From positions 1-20,029 of the IMG/VR virus record IMGVR_UViG_2687453449_000004: a stretch of 20,029 bases of DNA, one strand, 5' to 3'. Of this stretch, positions 8,404-16,538 are shown in pieces (position 1 is the first letter of the stretch; every line of letters starts with the position of its first letter). Under the pieces are notes generated by a model, which ran no database searches, had not been told where the DNA came from, and saw only the letters and a program-made list of their open reading frames with translations. Origin of the DNA: a virus. Its lineage: Duplodnaviria; Heunggongvirae; Uroviricota; Caudoviricetes. The translations under genes were made by a program, and so were the position numbers.

Positions 8404-8948
8404 GCCTCCATCGCTTTATCAGGTTTGTCGGTGTTACTGCCCTGGCCGTTCTCTCTGTGACGATGCCCGTTATAGGCAAGCCGCATCGCTGACATGGTGG
8501 TGCCGCCGGAGTCGCACAGGTCTTTCACCTGTCCTGTCACTTCCAGATCCATTTCAAAACGTGCTTCAGGTGCATTGCGAAACGTGATCGTTTTACCTGC
8601 ACCGTCCACCACGATCCCCTCCCGGGTCAGCGTCACGGACTGCCCCTGATCGTCATAGACAGCCACCTCACCCGTCTGCAGCCCTTTCAGGCGGTAGCGC
8701 CGGTCCGACACCGTAACAACCACCGCATGAGAACGGTCGCCATCCGGAAACAACACCACCGCTTCCGCACCGCTGTTTGCCCTTGCGGTAAAACCGTAGG
8801 GTTCAAGATGTTCAACCCCGGCTTTGGGTTCACCGGCAATCAGGGACACATCCACGGTCTGACATTTCGTGGCGGCACTGATGCTTTTCACCACGGCCCG
8901 CCCAATCAGGCCGAGGAGTTGTCGCTGCATGGCTTCAATCGTCCTCAT
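8400..8948 (-). CDS. Baseplate assembly protein V / spike (Mu gp45-like)
   Basis: 182 aa; C-terminal MRLAYNGHRH-type motif and position between gp44-like and gp46-like genes. Confidence 0.7.
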   Translation of the reverse strand: MRTIEAMQRQLLGLIGRAVVKSISAATKCQTVDVSLIAGEPKAGVEHLEPYGFTARANSGAEAVVLFPDGDRSHAVVVTVSDRRYRLKGLQTGEVAVYDDQGQSVTLTREGIVVDGAGKTITFRNAPEARFEMDLEVTGQVKDLCDSGGTTMSAMRLAYNGHRHRENGQGSNTDKPDKAMEA

Positions 8949-10027
8949 CAGAACGGGTCCTCCTGTACTCTGGCTTTTTTCTTTTTCCGCGCGCCGGGGG
9001 CTTCGGGTTCAGGCAGATAAGCATCAGGTGGGCCGACACGGATTTCCGTCAGGGTGCCGTTCTGGTCCTGAGTAAACGTGACTTCCGAGACAAGCAGTTC
9101 GGTATTGTCGAAACCACAGACCGGATCGAAGACAATCACCCGCTGATTGGGCTGCCACAGCGTACCGTTACCCTGTCGCCAGCCCTGCACCACATAGGTG
9201 GTTTCATCCGTCCGCGCCGCCCGTTGTCGGGCTTCAAAGTCAGCACGCGCAATACAGCCTGCCCCCGTGGCCTGCCCTGTCTGCCTGATATACATCGGAC
9301 GGTAACGGGCAATAAATGCGTCCTCTGTGCGGGCCCGCAGCGCGGTGGTGGTGGCCTCACCGAAATCATCGTCGTTTCCGGCACGCTGCCCCGCCACCTG
9401 GTAAACAGAAAACCGCTCCCGGATACTCTTCTCCGTATCACAGGAAAGGATGTTTTCCCCAAGTACCAGCGCGGTATGTGCCCGCGTTGAGCCAATACCG
9501 CCAATCACCAGCCTGCCGTGCGGATCGTCGTAAGCCAGTGCCTGCTGCTGACCGAGTATTTTGTTGATTACCTCAATCACCGTTTCACCGTGATCAGGCT
9601 GGACGTCAGGAATAACACCCGACGGCGCACCGTTGTTCACCACCTCAATGCCGAAAGGCGCAGCAAGCGCCTGCGCAATCTGTACCAGCGATCGTCCGTT
9701 AAACTGTGTCGGTTCGGCTGCACAGTCAATCAGGTCAGCGGTCAGACTGCGTCCGGCAATACCGGTGCTGACCGAACGGGCATCGTAACGAACGGGCGTC
9801 GCCTCCACCCAGCCAGTGATCACCAGCTCATCACCAATCAGCACTTCCACTTTTGAACCGTTTTTAATGCGCGGCTGAAGCGTGGTGATACCCTCATCTC
9901 CCGGCCACTGGCGGGTGATCTCCACACTGAAATCCCGCGCCAGCCGTTCAATACCGGCACCGATGCGCACCGATGTCCAGCCATTCCACTCCCGGCCATT
10001 TACCCGTAGCGTGACGTTATCGTTCAT
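8948..10027 (-). CDS. Baseplate hub protein (Mu gp44 / P2 gpD-like late control D family)
   Basis: 359-aa ORF; size and position upstream of the V-like gene fit the gp44/gpD slot. Confidence 0.65.
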   Translation of the reverse strand: MNDNVTLRVNGREWNGWTSVRIGAGIERLARDFSVEITRQWPGDEGITTLQPRIKNGSKVEVLIGDELVITGWVEATPVRYDARSVSTGIAGRSLTADLIDCAAEPTQFNGRSLVQIAQALAAPFGIEVVNNGAPSGVIPDVQPDHGETVIEVINKILGQQQALAYDDPHGRLVIGGIGSTRAHTALVLGENILSCDTEKSIRERFSVYQVAGQRAGNDDDFGEATTTALRARTEDAFIARYRPMYIRQTGQATGAGCIARADFEARQRAARTDETTYVVQGWRQGNGTLWQPNQRVIVFDPVCGFDNTELLVSEVTFTQDQNGTLTEIRVGPPDAYLPEPEAPGARKKKKARVQEDPF

Positions 10028-10836
10028 TGCACTGGCACCTTCAGAGGGATCACCGGCACAAAGCCGGGATGTTTAATGGCATTACGCCGGATAATGTCCG
10101 CGTCACGCGCCGCGTTATCAAACCAGGTCGCCGCCAGCACCAGCGCGGGTAAAACCTCATCCGGCGTGCGCTGAATGATCCGTGCAGACTGTTCAAGGCG
10201 CGTGTTGATATCCGCATTCAGATCTGCTTTCACCCGGCGCAGCGCCAGAAATAGCGCATCACTGGTTGTACGGGACAACTCCTTATCAATTGCCGTATTC
10301 AGTGTGTCGCGAATGTCGGTCAGTTCCTCCCACGTTGGCAGGTCAACCGTGTTTTTCACCGCCGGTGCATTGTTCAGTGCCGGATGCGTGACGAAAGGCC
10401 AGCCGGTGCTCTGCGCGGGTGTTGTTGACTGCCCCACTGCAGCATTCTGCATCACCGCGGAAGTTGTTGGCGCAGGCAATCGGGTGACGGCATACGCCGC
10501 TTCGCTGATTGCGGTCGTACGAAGGGTGCTGGCAACCACGTTACGCTGCTGCGTCGCCGTGGCGGTGGTTTTACTGTCCGTTTTCCAGACGCCGCGCGGT
10601 TGCAGATCGCTGCCGAGGCTGACACCAGAAAGCGTTTTGATCATGGTGACCAGGTCGCTGGCGTTACCATAAAGGTGCTTCCCGGTACGCCACATTTTCT
10701 GCACCTGCTCAACAAAATTTTTGCCTGACGATGATGGCGTCACCGGTCTGCGCGGTTTCCTGCCAGGTGGTGGCACTGGTCTGGACAACCTTCGCCCATG
10801 TCCGGAACGCAACCGGGTATTGAGGCTCCACGCCAA
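10024..10836 (-). CDS. Tail protein remnant (Mu gp43 / tape-measure-like C-terminal region), probably 5'-truncated
   Basis: Track ORF of 270 aa whose first about 40 residues are Arg/Pro-rich low complexity and which overlaps the adaptor fragment by about 130 nt, so the annotated start is unlikely to be genuine. No sheath, tube or tape-measure genes lie upstream. Confidence 0.35.
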   Translation of the reverse strand: MAWSLNTRLRSGHGRRLSRPVPPPGRKPRRPVTPSSSGKNFVEQVQKMWRTGKHLYGNASDLVTMIKTLSGVSLGSDLQPRGVWKTDSKTTATATQQRNVVASTLRTTAISEAAYAVTRLPAPTTSAVMQNAAVGQSTTPAQSTGWPFVTHPALNNAPAVKNTVDLPTWEELTDIRDTLNTAIDKELSRTTSDALFLALRRVKADLNADINTRLEQSARIIQRTPDEVLPALVLAATWFDNAARDADIIRRNAIKHPGFVPVIPLKVPVQ

Positions 10837-10945
10837 AGTTATCCGCGGGCATATCCACCCGCTGGCGGATCAGGACGCGTTTATTCAGTTCACCGGGGTC
10901 CGGCAGAATGTAGGTTGCGCTGGTCTGCGCCTGACGAATTTTCAT
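10709..10945 (-). pseudogene. Head-tail adaptor (HK97 gp7-like) N-terminal fragment
   Basis: 78 aa (MKIRQAQTSATYILPDPGELNKRVLIRQRVDMPADNFGVEPQYPVAFRTWAKV...) resembles the N-terminal part of head-tail joining proteins but is shorter than the usual roughly 110 aa and is overlapped by the next ORF. Confidence 0.4.
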
Positions 10946-11265
10946 TGCGGAAAGTACCTGTACGGGCCGACAAGCCAGCCAAAACTCTGCGGCATGTCGA
11001 GTTTCTCCACTTCCGTAACCGACGAGCGGTTTTCGTAAAAATGGCTGATAAGCATCAGCATCCCCAGACGAATATCATCCGGCAGGTGCAGCCCGTCCGG
11101 ATCGCTGTCCGGAATGGTTTCATCCGGTGCATAGAGCTTCCGGTTCAGATACGTTTCCGTCCGCTTTTGCGCCGCACAGGCCAGCAGTTGCAGATGGCGG
11201 TCATCAGCATCGAAATCCTCATCCAGCCGGAGTTGGGCTTTAATCTCTTCCATTGTCAGAAGCAT
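10942..11265 (-). CDS. gp6-like head-tail connector protein
   Basis: 107 aa, N-terminus MLLTMEEIKAQLRLDEDFDADDRHLQLLACAAQKRTETYLNRKL typical of the gp6-like connector family. Confidence 0.6.
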   Translation of the reverse strand: MLLTMEEIKAQLRLDEDFDADDRHLQLLACAAQKRTETYLNRKLYAPDETIPDSDPDGLHLPDDIRLGMLMLISHFYENRSSVTEVEKLDMPQSFGWLVGPYRYFPQ

Positions 11266-11267
11266 AC

Positions 11268-11468
11268 TCAGCCCTCTTTACTGGTCGTGGCTTTTTTCTC
11301 TTTTGCCGCTTTACTGCTTTTTACACTGATTCCGCGCTCTGCTAACCCGGCCTGAAGTGCAATCTCCTGCACCCGGGCAGGAAGCGCCCCGTCGTCATAC
11401 TCACCGGCCCGAATGACCTCAACACGCATACCGTCCGGTGACCATTTCAGATCTTGTTTCAGGATCAT
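11268..11468 (-). CDS. Small hypothetical protein (66 aa), possible structural-gene remnant
   Basis: ORF only; tightly packed between the connector gene and the replication-gene remnant. Confidence 0.3.
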   Translation of the reverse strand: MILKQDLKWSPDGMRVEVIRAGEYDDGALPARVQEIALQAGLAERGISVKSSKAAKEKKATTSKEG

Positions 11469-11517
11469 GATTCTTCACCCGTCAGAACAGGGGGTGCGGT
11501 TCCGCGCCCCTGAGTGA

Positions 11518-11892
11518 TTACGCCGCTGCAATCTTCAGCAGTTTGATGGCCTGCGAATCGACCAGCATCCCGCCGGTGCGCTTGGTGGTATAAAAACCGA
11601 CAAACGGTTTATTGGTGTACGGGTCACGCAGAATGCGGGTGCCGATACGGTCAACGATGGTGTAACCCCGTTTGAAGTTACCAAATGCAATGGCTTTCGC
11701 ATCAGCGGCGATAGCCGTCCTGACGGTACTCATCCCCGCGCCAATCTGACGGGCAATGGTTTCAATTGATGGCCAACACACACCTTCGTCATTACTGAAA
11801 TCAGCCAGGCGGGCCATAATTGCCACGCTGGATAATTTCATGCCTGATGCAGCGCAACCATCCCATACATAGCCGGTTAATTTAGTGCTCAT
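11518..11892 (-). CDS. Helix-turn-helix replication-initiator-like protein (phage O / replisome-organiser N-terminal domain only)
   Basis: 124 aa containing LADFSNDEGVCWPSIETIARQIGAGMSTVRTAI, a winged-helix pattern typical of phage replication initiators. No helicase-loader or C-terminal domain follows. Confidence 0.45.
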   Translation of the reverse strand: MSTKLTGYVWDGCAASGMKLSSVAIMARLADFSNDEGVCWPSIETIARQIGAGMSTVRTAIAADAKAIAFGNFKRGYTIVDRIGTRILRDPYTNKPFVGFYTTKRTGGMLVDSQAIKLLKIAAA

Positions 11893-12061
11893 GACCGACC
11901 TCTATTTCCCTGAATTTACGACGAAACTGTTCGAGCGGGCTGAAGCACTCATGCTCATAGCCTTCGCGGAGGTAGATAACTCGTTGTGTTTCCGGCTCCC
12001 AACGAATGACTCTGACGGGCACTCCGTAGTGATCTTTGAACCAGCGGTTAACTTGTCGCAA
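11882..12061 (-). CDS. Small phage protein, DUF4222-like (TTG start)
   Basis: Frame not in the track's ATG set: TTG preceded by AAGGAG at 7-nt spacing, giving [59 protein letters not shown]. Stop overlaps the next gene's ATG (ATGAGCACTAA). Family assignment is from memory. Confidence 0.4.
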   Translation of the reverse strand: MRQVNRWFKDHYGVPVRVIRWEPETQRVIYLREGYEHECFSPLEQFRRKFREIEVGHEH

Positions 12062-12240
12062 AGGACTGTCTCCTTCTGCCGGTTGAAATCACCCACAGCC
12101 CACTCAGCAAAGCTGTGGGTTACAATTTCCCTGTCACCTGGTACATTTACTGCATAGCAATACTCCACCTTCGCTTTTCCACCCGGTACAGGAAGCGCAA
12201 TCAGTTGCGAGCGACGGTAGTGTGTTGTTAAACTGTTCAT
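11902..12240 (-). CDS. Hypothetical protein; 3' half overlaps the DUF4222-like frame
   Basis: 112-aa track ORF. N-terminal about 55 aa look protein-like; C-terminal part is low-complexity and out of frame with the DUF4222-like gene. Confidence 0.3.
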   Translation of the reverse strand: MNSLTTHYRRSQLIALPVPGGKAKVEYCYAVNVPGDREIVTHSFAEWAVGDFNRQKETVLCDKLTAGSKITTECPSESFVGSRKHNELSTSAKAMSMSASARSNSFVVNSGK

Positions 12241-12788
12241 GCGTTAGTTTCTCCACAGTCACGACACGCCACGGCGCCCGGAGCTGCACACTCGCGGGCG
12301 TCACTACTTTCTGAAACGCAAAAGATTTTGTAGACCAGTGCTGCATGCTCCTGCAGCTTCGAAATTGAGAGGTACAGCTCGTCGTTAATTGCTGTCTTCT
12401 CATGCGGTTCCACTACACCGTCTTCAATTGCTGAACGAATCTGTTTTGAATAACTGCCGATCTGTTCAATGACCTCCAGCAGGCGTTGGTTGATATCGGC
12501 GTTGTCCACATCCTCGACATCAGGAAGAGACACAAAGACGCCATTTGCAGACTGCGCCACAGCGTCAGCAATGAAGTGAGTTCCACCAGCACGTTGCAAA
12601 ACCATTGCCCATCCCAGCGGGAAAATCTGATCTCCATCGGCACGAAGGCGGTTAAATAATGCGTTCTCTGTTACATCCAGCCAGTCAGCAGCTTCAGCGT
12701 ACCCCCCCGGCAACGCTGCGATAGTTTTTCTGACAGCTTTCACGTACCACTCAGGCTGTTTTTCTACTTTCCAGTGATGCTTACCCAC
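12237..12788 (-). CDS. Phage regulatory protein (CII-like / YmfL-like)
   Basis: 183-aa ORF immediately downstream of cro in the rightward early operon position; coupled starts and stops. Confidence 0.45.
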   Translation of the reverse strand: MGKHHWKVEKQPEWYVKAVRKTIAALPGGYAEAADWLDVTENALFNRLRADGDQIFPLGWAMVLQRAGGTHFIADAVAQSANGVFVSLPDVEDVDNADINQRLLEVIEQIGSYSKQIRSAIEDGVVEPHEKTAINDELYLSISKLQEHAALVYKIFCVSESSDARECAAPGAVACRDCGETNA

Positions 12789-13041
12789 GGTTCACCTCCT
12801 GTTCCTGTGGTTTAAACCCATTCTGGTTTTGGCTAGATTGAAAACGTGCCGGATAAAGAATCTGCATTTCGCTGACTTCACCCTTAAAAAAATTGGCTAA
12901 ACGTTCTGCAAGCTCGATAGATGGAATCTGCTCCAGCCTCTCAATACGACTCAACGTCGCTGGATTGACTTGAACACCCGCAGCAACATGCTGCAAAGTG
13001 AAACCATGCGCCTTACGCACATTTCGTAATGGTGATTGCAT
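12781..13041 (-). CDS. Cro-like HTH repressor (XRE family)
   Basis: 86 aa with HTH signature GFTLQHVAAGVQVNPATLSRIERLEQIPSIELAERLANFF; divergent from the cI-like gene. Confidence 0.75.
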   Translation of the reverse strand: MQSPLRNVRKAHGFTLQHVAAGVQVNPATLSRIERLEQIPSIELAERLANFFKGEVSEMQILYPARFQSSQNQNGFKPQEQEVNRG

Positions 13042-13138
13042 ACGCCCTCCAAATATTGCGCGTTATGCATGTTATTTCACGCAATTATTTTGCGCAAGTT
13101 GATTTGCTTATCACGCAATAAAGAAATGTAATAAACGC
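13042..13138. promoter_or_regulatory. Divergent cro/cI promoter-operator region (oR-like)
   Basis: 97-bp intergenic region containing ATTGCGCG, CACGCAAT (twice) and the palindrome TTGCGCAA. Confidence 0.6.
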
Positions 13139-13831
13139 ATGAACATAGGAAACCGAGTCAGACAACTTCGCCAAGCGAAGAACATGAAAATCGCCGATCT
13201 CGCTGAAGCGATAGGAGTAGATGCGGCGAACATCTCGCGCTTAGAAACGGGTAAGCAAAAACAATTTACCGAACAAACACTGAGTAATATTGCCAAGAGC
13301 TTAGGTGTTGATATTGCTGATCTCTTTACCTCTGCCCACAAAAGTAATACTGTATATAAAAACAGTAATAATGAGGATGTTGCGCAGGTGAAGGATGTGT
13401 TCCGTATTGAAATGCTGGATATCAGTGCCAGTGCGGGAAATGGCCTTATCCAGGGCGGTGATGTCATTGATGTGATTCATGCCATCGAATACAGAACTGA
13501 TAATGCTGTATCAATGTTCGGCGGACGACCAGCCAATCACATCAAAGTTATCAACGTTCGTGGGGACAGTATGTGTCCAACCATTGAGCCAGGAGATCTC
13601 ATCTTCGTTGATGTCAGCATCAATCAGTTTGATGGTGATGGTATATATGTCTTTGGTTTTGATGACAAAATATACGTTAAAAGACTTCAAATGATTCCTG
13701 ACAAACTGCTGGTGATTTCTGATAACCAGATTTACCGTGAATGGGGAATTACTAGCGAAAACGAACACCGATTCATGGTCTTTGGAAAGGTCTTAATCAG
13801 TCAGTCGCAAACCCTTAAGAGACATAATTAA
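13139..13831 (+). CDS. CI-type prophage repressor (N-terminal HTH, C-terminal S24/LexA-like autopeptidase); CohE-like
   Basis: 230 aa; HTH at the N-terminus, Ala-Gly (ISASAGNG) candidate cleavage site, Ser nucleophile in GDSMCPTIEPGD and Lys in YVKRLQ. Confidence 0.9.
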   Translation: MNIGNRVRQLRQAKNMKIADLAEAIGVDAANISRLETGKQKQFTEQTLSNIAKSLGVDIADLFTSAHKSNTVYKNSNNEDVAQVKDVFRIEMLDISASAGNGLIQGGDVIDVIHAIEYRTDNAVSMFGGRPANHIKVINVRGDSMCPTIEPGDLIFVDVSINQFDGDGIYVFGFDDKIYVKRLQMIPDKLLVISDNQIYREWGITSENEHRFMVFGKVLISQSQTLKRHN

Positions 13832-13849
13832 CCTCAATATCCCATCCAT

Positions 13850-13875
13850 CGGCCACCGAAAGGTGGCTTTTTATT
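13850..13875 (+). terminator. Rho-independent terminator after the repressor gene
   Basis: GCCACC-GAAA-GGTGGC followed by TTTTTA. Confidence 0.75.
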
Positions 13876-13884
13876 ACCTATAAA

Positions 13885-13940
13885 TTTGGATATCTCGCAA
13901 ATATCACTTGCATATCTCGCAATTTAATTTTATCTTTTGT
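13885..13940 (+). promoter_or_regulatory. Putative pL-like promoter with two direct ATATCTCGCAA repeats (oL-like)
   Basis: Repeats at 13890-13900 and 13912-13922 (22-bp spacing); TTGCAT -35-like and TATCTT -10-like hexamers at 17-bp spacing. Confidence 0.4.
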
Positions 13941-14089
13941 TCCAGACCAACTACAGGATTACAACAAAATCTGGTTGCAACACGGTGCATGTGTCGTAAG
14001 CAGTCAGTAAATGTCAAAAACGAACAGGCAGGACGCCCACGAAGTAGCCGCCTGGGGCATATGAAGTCCAGGATGATTCGTTAGCAACA

Positions 14090-14125
14090 AAAAAGCGCCC
14101 TACAGGACGCTTAGCTCTTTAACAA
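14090..14125 (+). promoter_or_regulatory. boxB-like hairpin followed by a boxA-like element (GCTCTTTAACAA): candidate antitermination (nut-like) site
   Basis: AGCGCCCTacAGGACGCT imperfect hairpin, then GCTCTTTAACAA at 14114-14125, matching the rrn/lambda boxA core; located in the leader of the early-left operon. Confidence 0.45.
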
Positions 14126-14170
14126 TCTGGTCCCCATCAACAAGTAACTGATAACTTGAGGAGATGTGAA

Positions 14171-14377
14171 ATGCACAAAACAGAACCCAAAATCGTCGCG
14201 CCTGGCTACACAGATGAGGAAATTTATGAGTGGATGACAAAGAAGCTGGCAGCTATAAACCAGCTTCGTGAAGTGCTGTCTTATCGACAGGAAACAATAG
14301 ACTCCTTAAAAAAACTGGATCAGGAAATCACGGTTTTATCACAGGATGTTACTTTAGATATTGTGCAGACAAATTAG
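14171..14377 (+). CDS. Small hypothetical protein (68 aa) in the early-left operon
   Basis: ATG at 14171 preceded by GAGGAG; the track ORF begins at an upstream TTG (14156). Not Arg-rich, so not an N-like antiterminator. Confidence 0.45.
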   Translation: MHKTEPKIVAPGYTDEEIYEWMTKKLAAINQLREVLSYRQETIDSLKKLDQEITVLSQDVTLDIVQTN

Positions 14378-14783
14378 GATCCCATTCATTTTCGTCAAAA
14401 TCATCAAAGTGATGAATTTGTGATCTCCAGTCTCGATAATCTAAAAATTTCTGGGCGGTTACGCTTATTTTATCAAGTGTGAGTTCATCCTGAATTGAAA
14501 GAAGAAGTTCATCAAATTTCATCTCATTAATCTGTTTTGGCATCCAGTGATGCTTCATCAGAATAAGGTGAACCAGAGCCTTTTTCCCATTCAACTGATT
14601 ATAGGGAGTGCCGAATTTCTTCCGGTGCTCATGTAAGACAAGGTCCAAAAGAGTAAGTAATGTTGCCCTTGATTCAACTTTGCTTATTTCGACTGATGAC
14701 ACTACCCCACTGATTTCAATGCCCCGATACTTTCCAACATTTTCACAGTGGGATTTGTACAGCGTATAGATATTACCGGACAT
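14349..14783 (-). CDS. Hypothetical protein (144 aa), oppositely oriented moron within the early-left region
   Basis: AT-rich ORF with AAGGA RBS; convergent 29-bp overlap with the preceding small gene; no recognisable motifs. Confidence 0.5.
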   Translation of the reverse strand: MSGNIYTLYKSHCENVGKYRGIEISGVVSSVEISKVESRATLLTLLDLVLHEHRKKFGTPYNQLNGKKALVHLILMKHHWMPKQINEMKFDELLLSIQDELTLDKISVTAQKFLDYRDWRSQIHHFDDFDENEWDPNLSAQYLK

Positions 14784-14798
14784 TTCTTTTCCTTTTGC

Positions 14799-14850
14799 GT
14801 TGTTGGGGATAACCAGATTAACCGAATCCTTGTTGTTGGGGAATAACCAG
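14799..14850. repeat. Two direct repeats TTGTTGGGGA(A)TAACCAG in the upstream region of the 144-aa gene
   Basis: Copies at 14799-14816 and 14830-14850, read directly. Confidence 0.8.
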
Positions 14851-14859
14851 GTCCACCTC

Positions 14860-15230
14860 GCCTGATGTGGCTAAAAGCAGGCACATAACAGCTAAGTATT
14901 TTCAACCAGAGAGAATCCTTAGCGTTGTGGTGAATGCGGCTCAGCGCACGCGGGTTAAGGTTGAGGCTGACAGTCGACCTTCTGTGGATACCCACCCGCC
15001 TGGTGTGCAACCTTCGCCAGGCACCGGGAGGCACCCGGCACCACAACTTTATGCTGTGTGTAGTCCTGGCGGTACCAGTTTGTACCCTTGCTTCCGGCTG
15101 GTACCGTCCTTTTTACAAAACAGAGAAGAGCATCACCGGACGACGGGCTCATAACCCAATCCATCCGGGCGGCTGCCACCGCAGGTGTTCTTCTCTGTTT
15201 TGTGGAGAAACTAATCGGCCTTGCAGGGTC
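14860..15230 (+). other. GC-rich non-coding block with strong secondary-structure potential (candidate structured RNA or processing site)
   Basis: No coherent frame, only mutually overlapping ORFs on both strands. 18-bp long-range stem 15115-15132/15186-15203 (one G-U) and 11-bp stem 15068-15078/15098-15108; further small GC hairpins. Confidence 0.35.
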
Positions 15231-15251
15231 GATATGATGAGGAGCAGCAAA

Positions 15252-15614
15252 ATGGCTAGCGAACGCAGTACTGATGTGCAGGCATTTATCGGGGAGCTGG
15301 ACGGCGGCGTATTTGAAACCAAAATCGGCGCAGTTCTCAGTGAAGTCGCTTCCGGTGTGATGAACACGAAAACCAAAGGTAAGGTCTCACTCAACCTGGA
15401 AATCGAACCATTTGATGAGAACCGTGTGAAAATCAAACACAAACTCTCATATGTTCGCCCGACTAACCGCGGGAAAATTTCCGAAGAAGACACCACCGAA
15501 ACGCCGATGTATGTCAATCGCGGTGGTCGCCTGACTATTCTGCAGGAAGACCAGGGACAGTTACTGACTCTTGCCGGTGAACCTGACGGAAAACTCCGCG
15601 CAGCAGGTCGTTAA
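15252..15614 (+). CDS. YfdP-like prophage protein
   Basis: ATG at 15252 preceded by AGGAG at 7-nt spacing; 121 aa, MASERSTDVQAFIGELDGG... resembles my recollection of CPS-53 YfdP. The track ORF 14934..15614 extends upstream through the GC-rich block. Confidence 0.6.
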   Translation: MASERSTDVQAFIGELDGGVFETKIGAVLSEVASGVMNTKTKGKVSLNLEIEPFDENRVKIKHKLSYVRPTNRGKISEEDTTETPMYVNRGGRLTILQEDQGQLLTLAGEPDGKLRAAGR

Positions 15615-15679
15615 TATCGTTTTTAATTAACTGATTATTTATCTCATCACTGAATATCTTTATATAGTGAGGACTTATT

Positions 15680-16504
15680 ATGTCTCAGAACTTAGACGCA
15701 ACCGCAATTAATCAAATCCATGCCCTTATTTCTGCTCAGGGTGTTAATGAAATTATCAGTAAGATTGGTGCCGATGCTGTGGCATTGCCTGAGAATTTCC
15801 GCATTCATGACCTGGAAAAATTTAATTTAAATCGCTTCCGTTTCCGTGGTGCGCTTTCCACTGCCAGCATTGATGACTTTACCCGTTATTCTAAAGATCT
15901 TGCAGATGAAGGCACCCGCTGCTTTATCGATGCTGATAATATGCGTGCCGTCAGTGTGCTTAACCTGGGTACTATTGATGAACCAGGCCACGCAGATAAC
16001 ACCGCCACTCTCAAACTGAAAAAGACAGCACCGTTCTCTGCTCTGTTGTCTGTTCACGGCGAGCGTAACTCCCAGAAATCACTGGCAGAATGGATTGAAG
16101 ACTGGGCCGACAACCTTGTGGGCTTTGATGCTAATGGTGACGCCATTCAGGCAACCAAAGCGGCTGCGGCGATCCGTAAAATCACAATTGAAGCGAACCA
16201 GACTGCTGATTTTGAAGACAATGACTTCAGCGGCAAACGCTCCCTGATGGAGTCTGTCGAAGCGAAGACCAAAGACATTATGCCAGTGGCATTTGAATTT
16301 AAATGCGTTCCGTTTGAAGGTCTGAAAGAACGTTCTTTTAAATTACGCCTCAGCATTATCACTGGCGATCGTCCTGTACTTGTTCTGCGCATTATTCAGC
16401 TGGAGGCGGTGCAGGAAGAAATGGCTAACGAATTTCGCGATCTGCTTGTTGAGAAATTCAAAGACAGCAAAGTAGAAACCTTTATTGGTACTTTCACCGC
16501 CTGA
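15680..16504 (+). CDS. DUF2303-like (YfdQ-like) prophage protein
   Basis: 274-aa ORF with GAGGA RBS; follows the yfdP-like gene as in the yfdPQR arrangement I recall. Confidence 0.6.
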   Translation: MSQNLDATAINQIHALISAQGVNEIISKIGADAVALPENFRIHDLEKFNLNRFRFRGALSTASIDDFTRYSKDLADEGTRCFIDADNMRAVSVLNLGTIDEPGHADNTATLKLKKTAPFSALLSVHGERNSQKSLAEWIEDWADNLVGFDANGDAIQATKAAAAIRKITIEANQTADFEDNDFSGKRSLMESVEAKTKDIMPVAFEFKCVPFEGLKERSFKLRLSIITGDRPVLVLRIIQLEAVQEEMANEFRDLLVEKFKDSKVETFIGTFTA

Positions 16505-16516
16505 TTTGATTACTGC

Positions 16517-16538
16517 AAATGCCCCTGCGGGGGCATTT
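16517..16538 (+). terminator. Hairpin AAATGCCCC-TGCG-GGGGCATTT after the yfdQ-like gene
   Basis: Read directly; GC-rich stem ending in AUUU. Confidence 0.5.

Noticed and set aside
7008-11355. Many plus-strand ORFs (e.g. 7008..7259, 7329..7535, 7987..8460, 8727..9020, 9316..9567, 9518..9856, 10175..10672, 10798..11355) and short minus-strand ORFs nested in other frames
   Set aside because: They lie antisense to, or out of frame within, a continuous, translationally coupled minus-strand structural operon in GC-rich DNA, where spurious ORFs are expected; several are Arg/Pro-rich low complexity.
14171-14377. Possibility that the first early-left gene is an N-like antiterminator
   Set aside because: The 68-aa protein is acidic and helical-looking with no arginine-rich N-terminal motif.
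15133-15185. Retron msr/msd interpretation of the long inverted repeat in the GC-rich block
   Set aside because: No reverse transcriptase gene nearby; flanking genes are yfdPQR-like and an unrelated moron.
14934-15251. Upstream extension of the yfdP-like ORF (track start 14934) and overlapping ORFs 14702..15046, 14867..15154, 14955..15179, 15149..15517
   Set aside because: A clear AGGAG-ATG start exists at 15252. The upstream frames overlap each other on both strands within the GC-rich structured block, so I treat them as non-coding.
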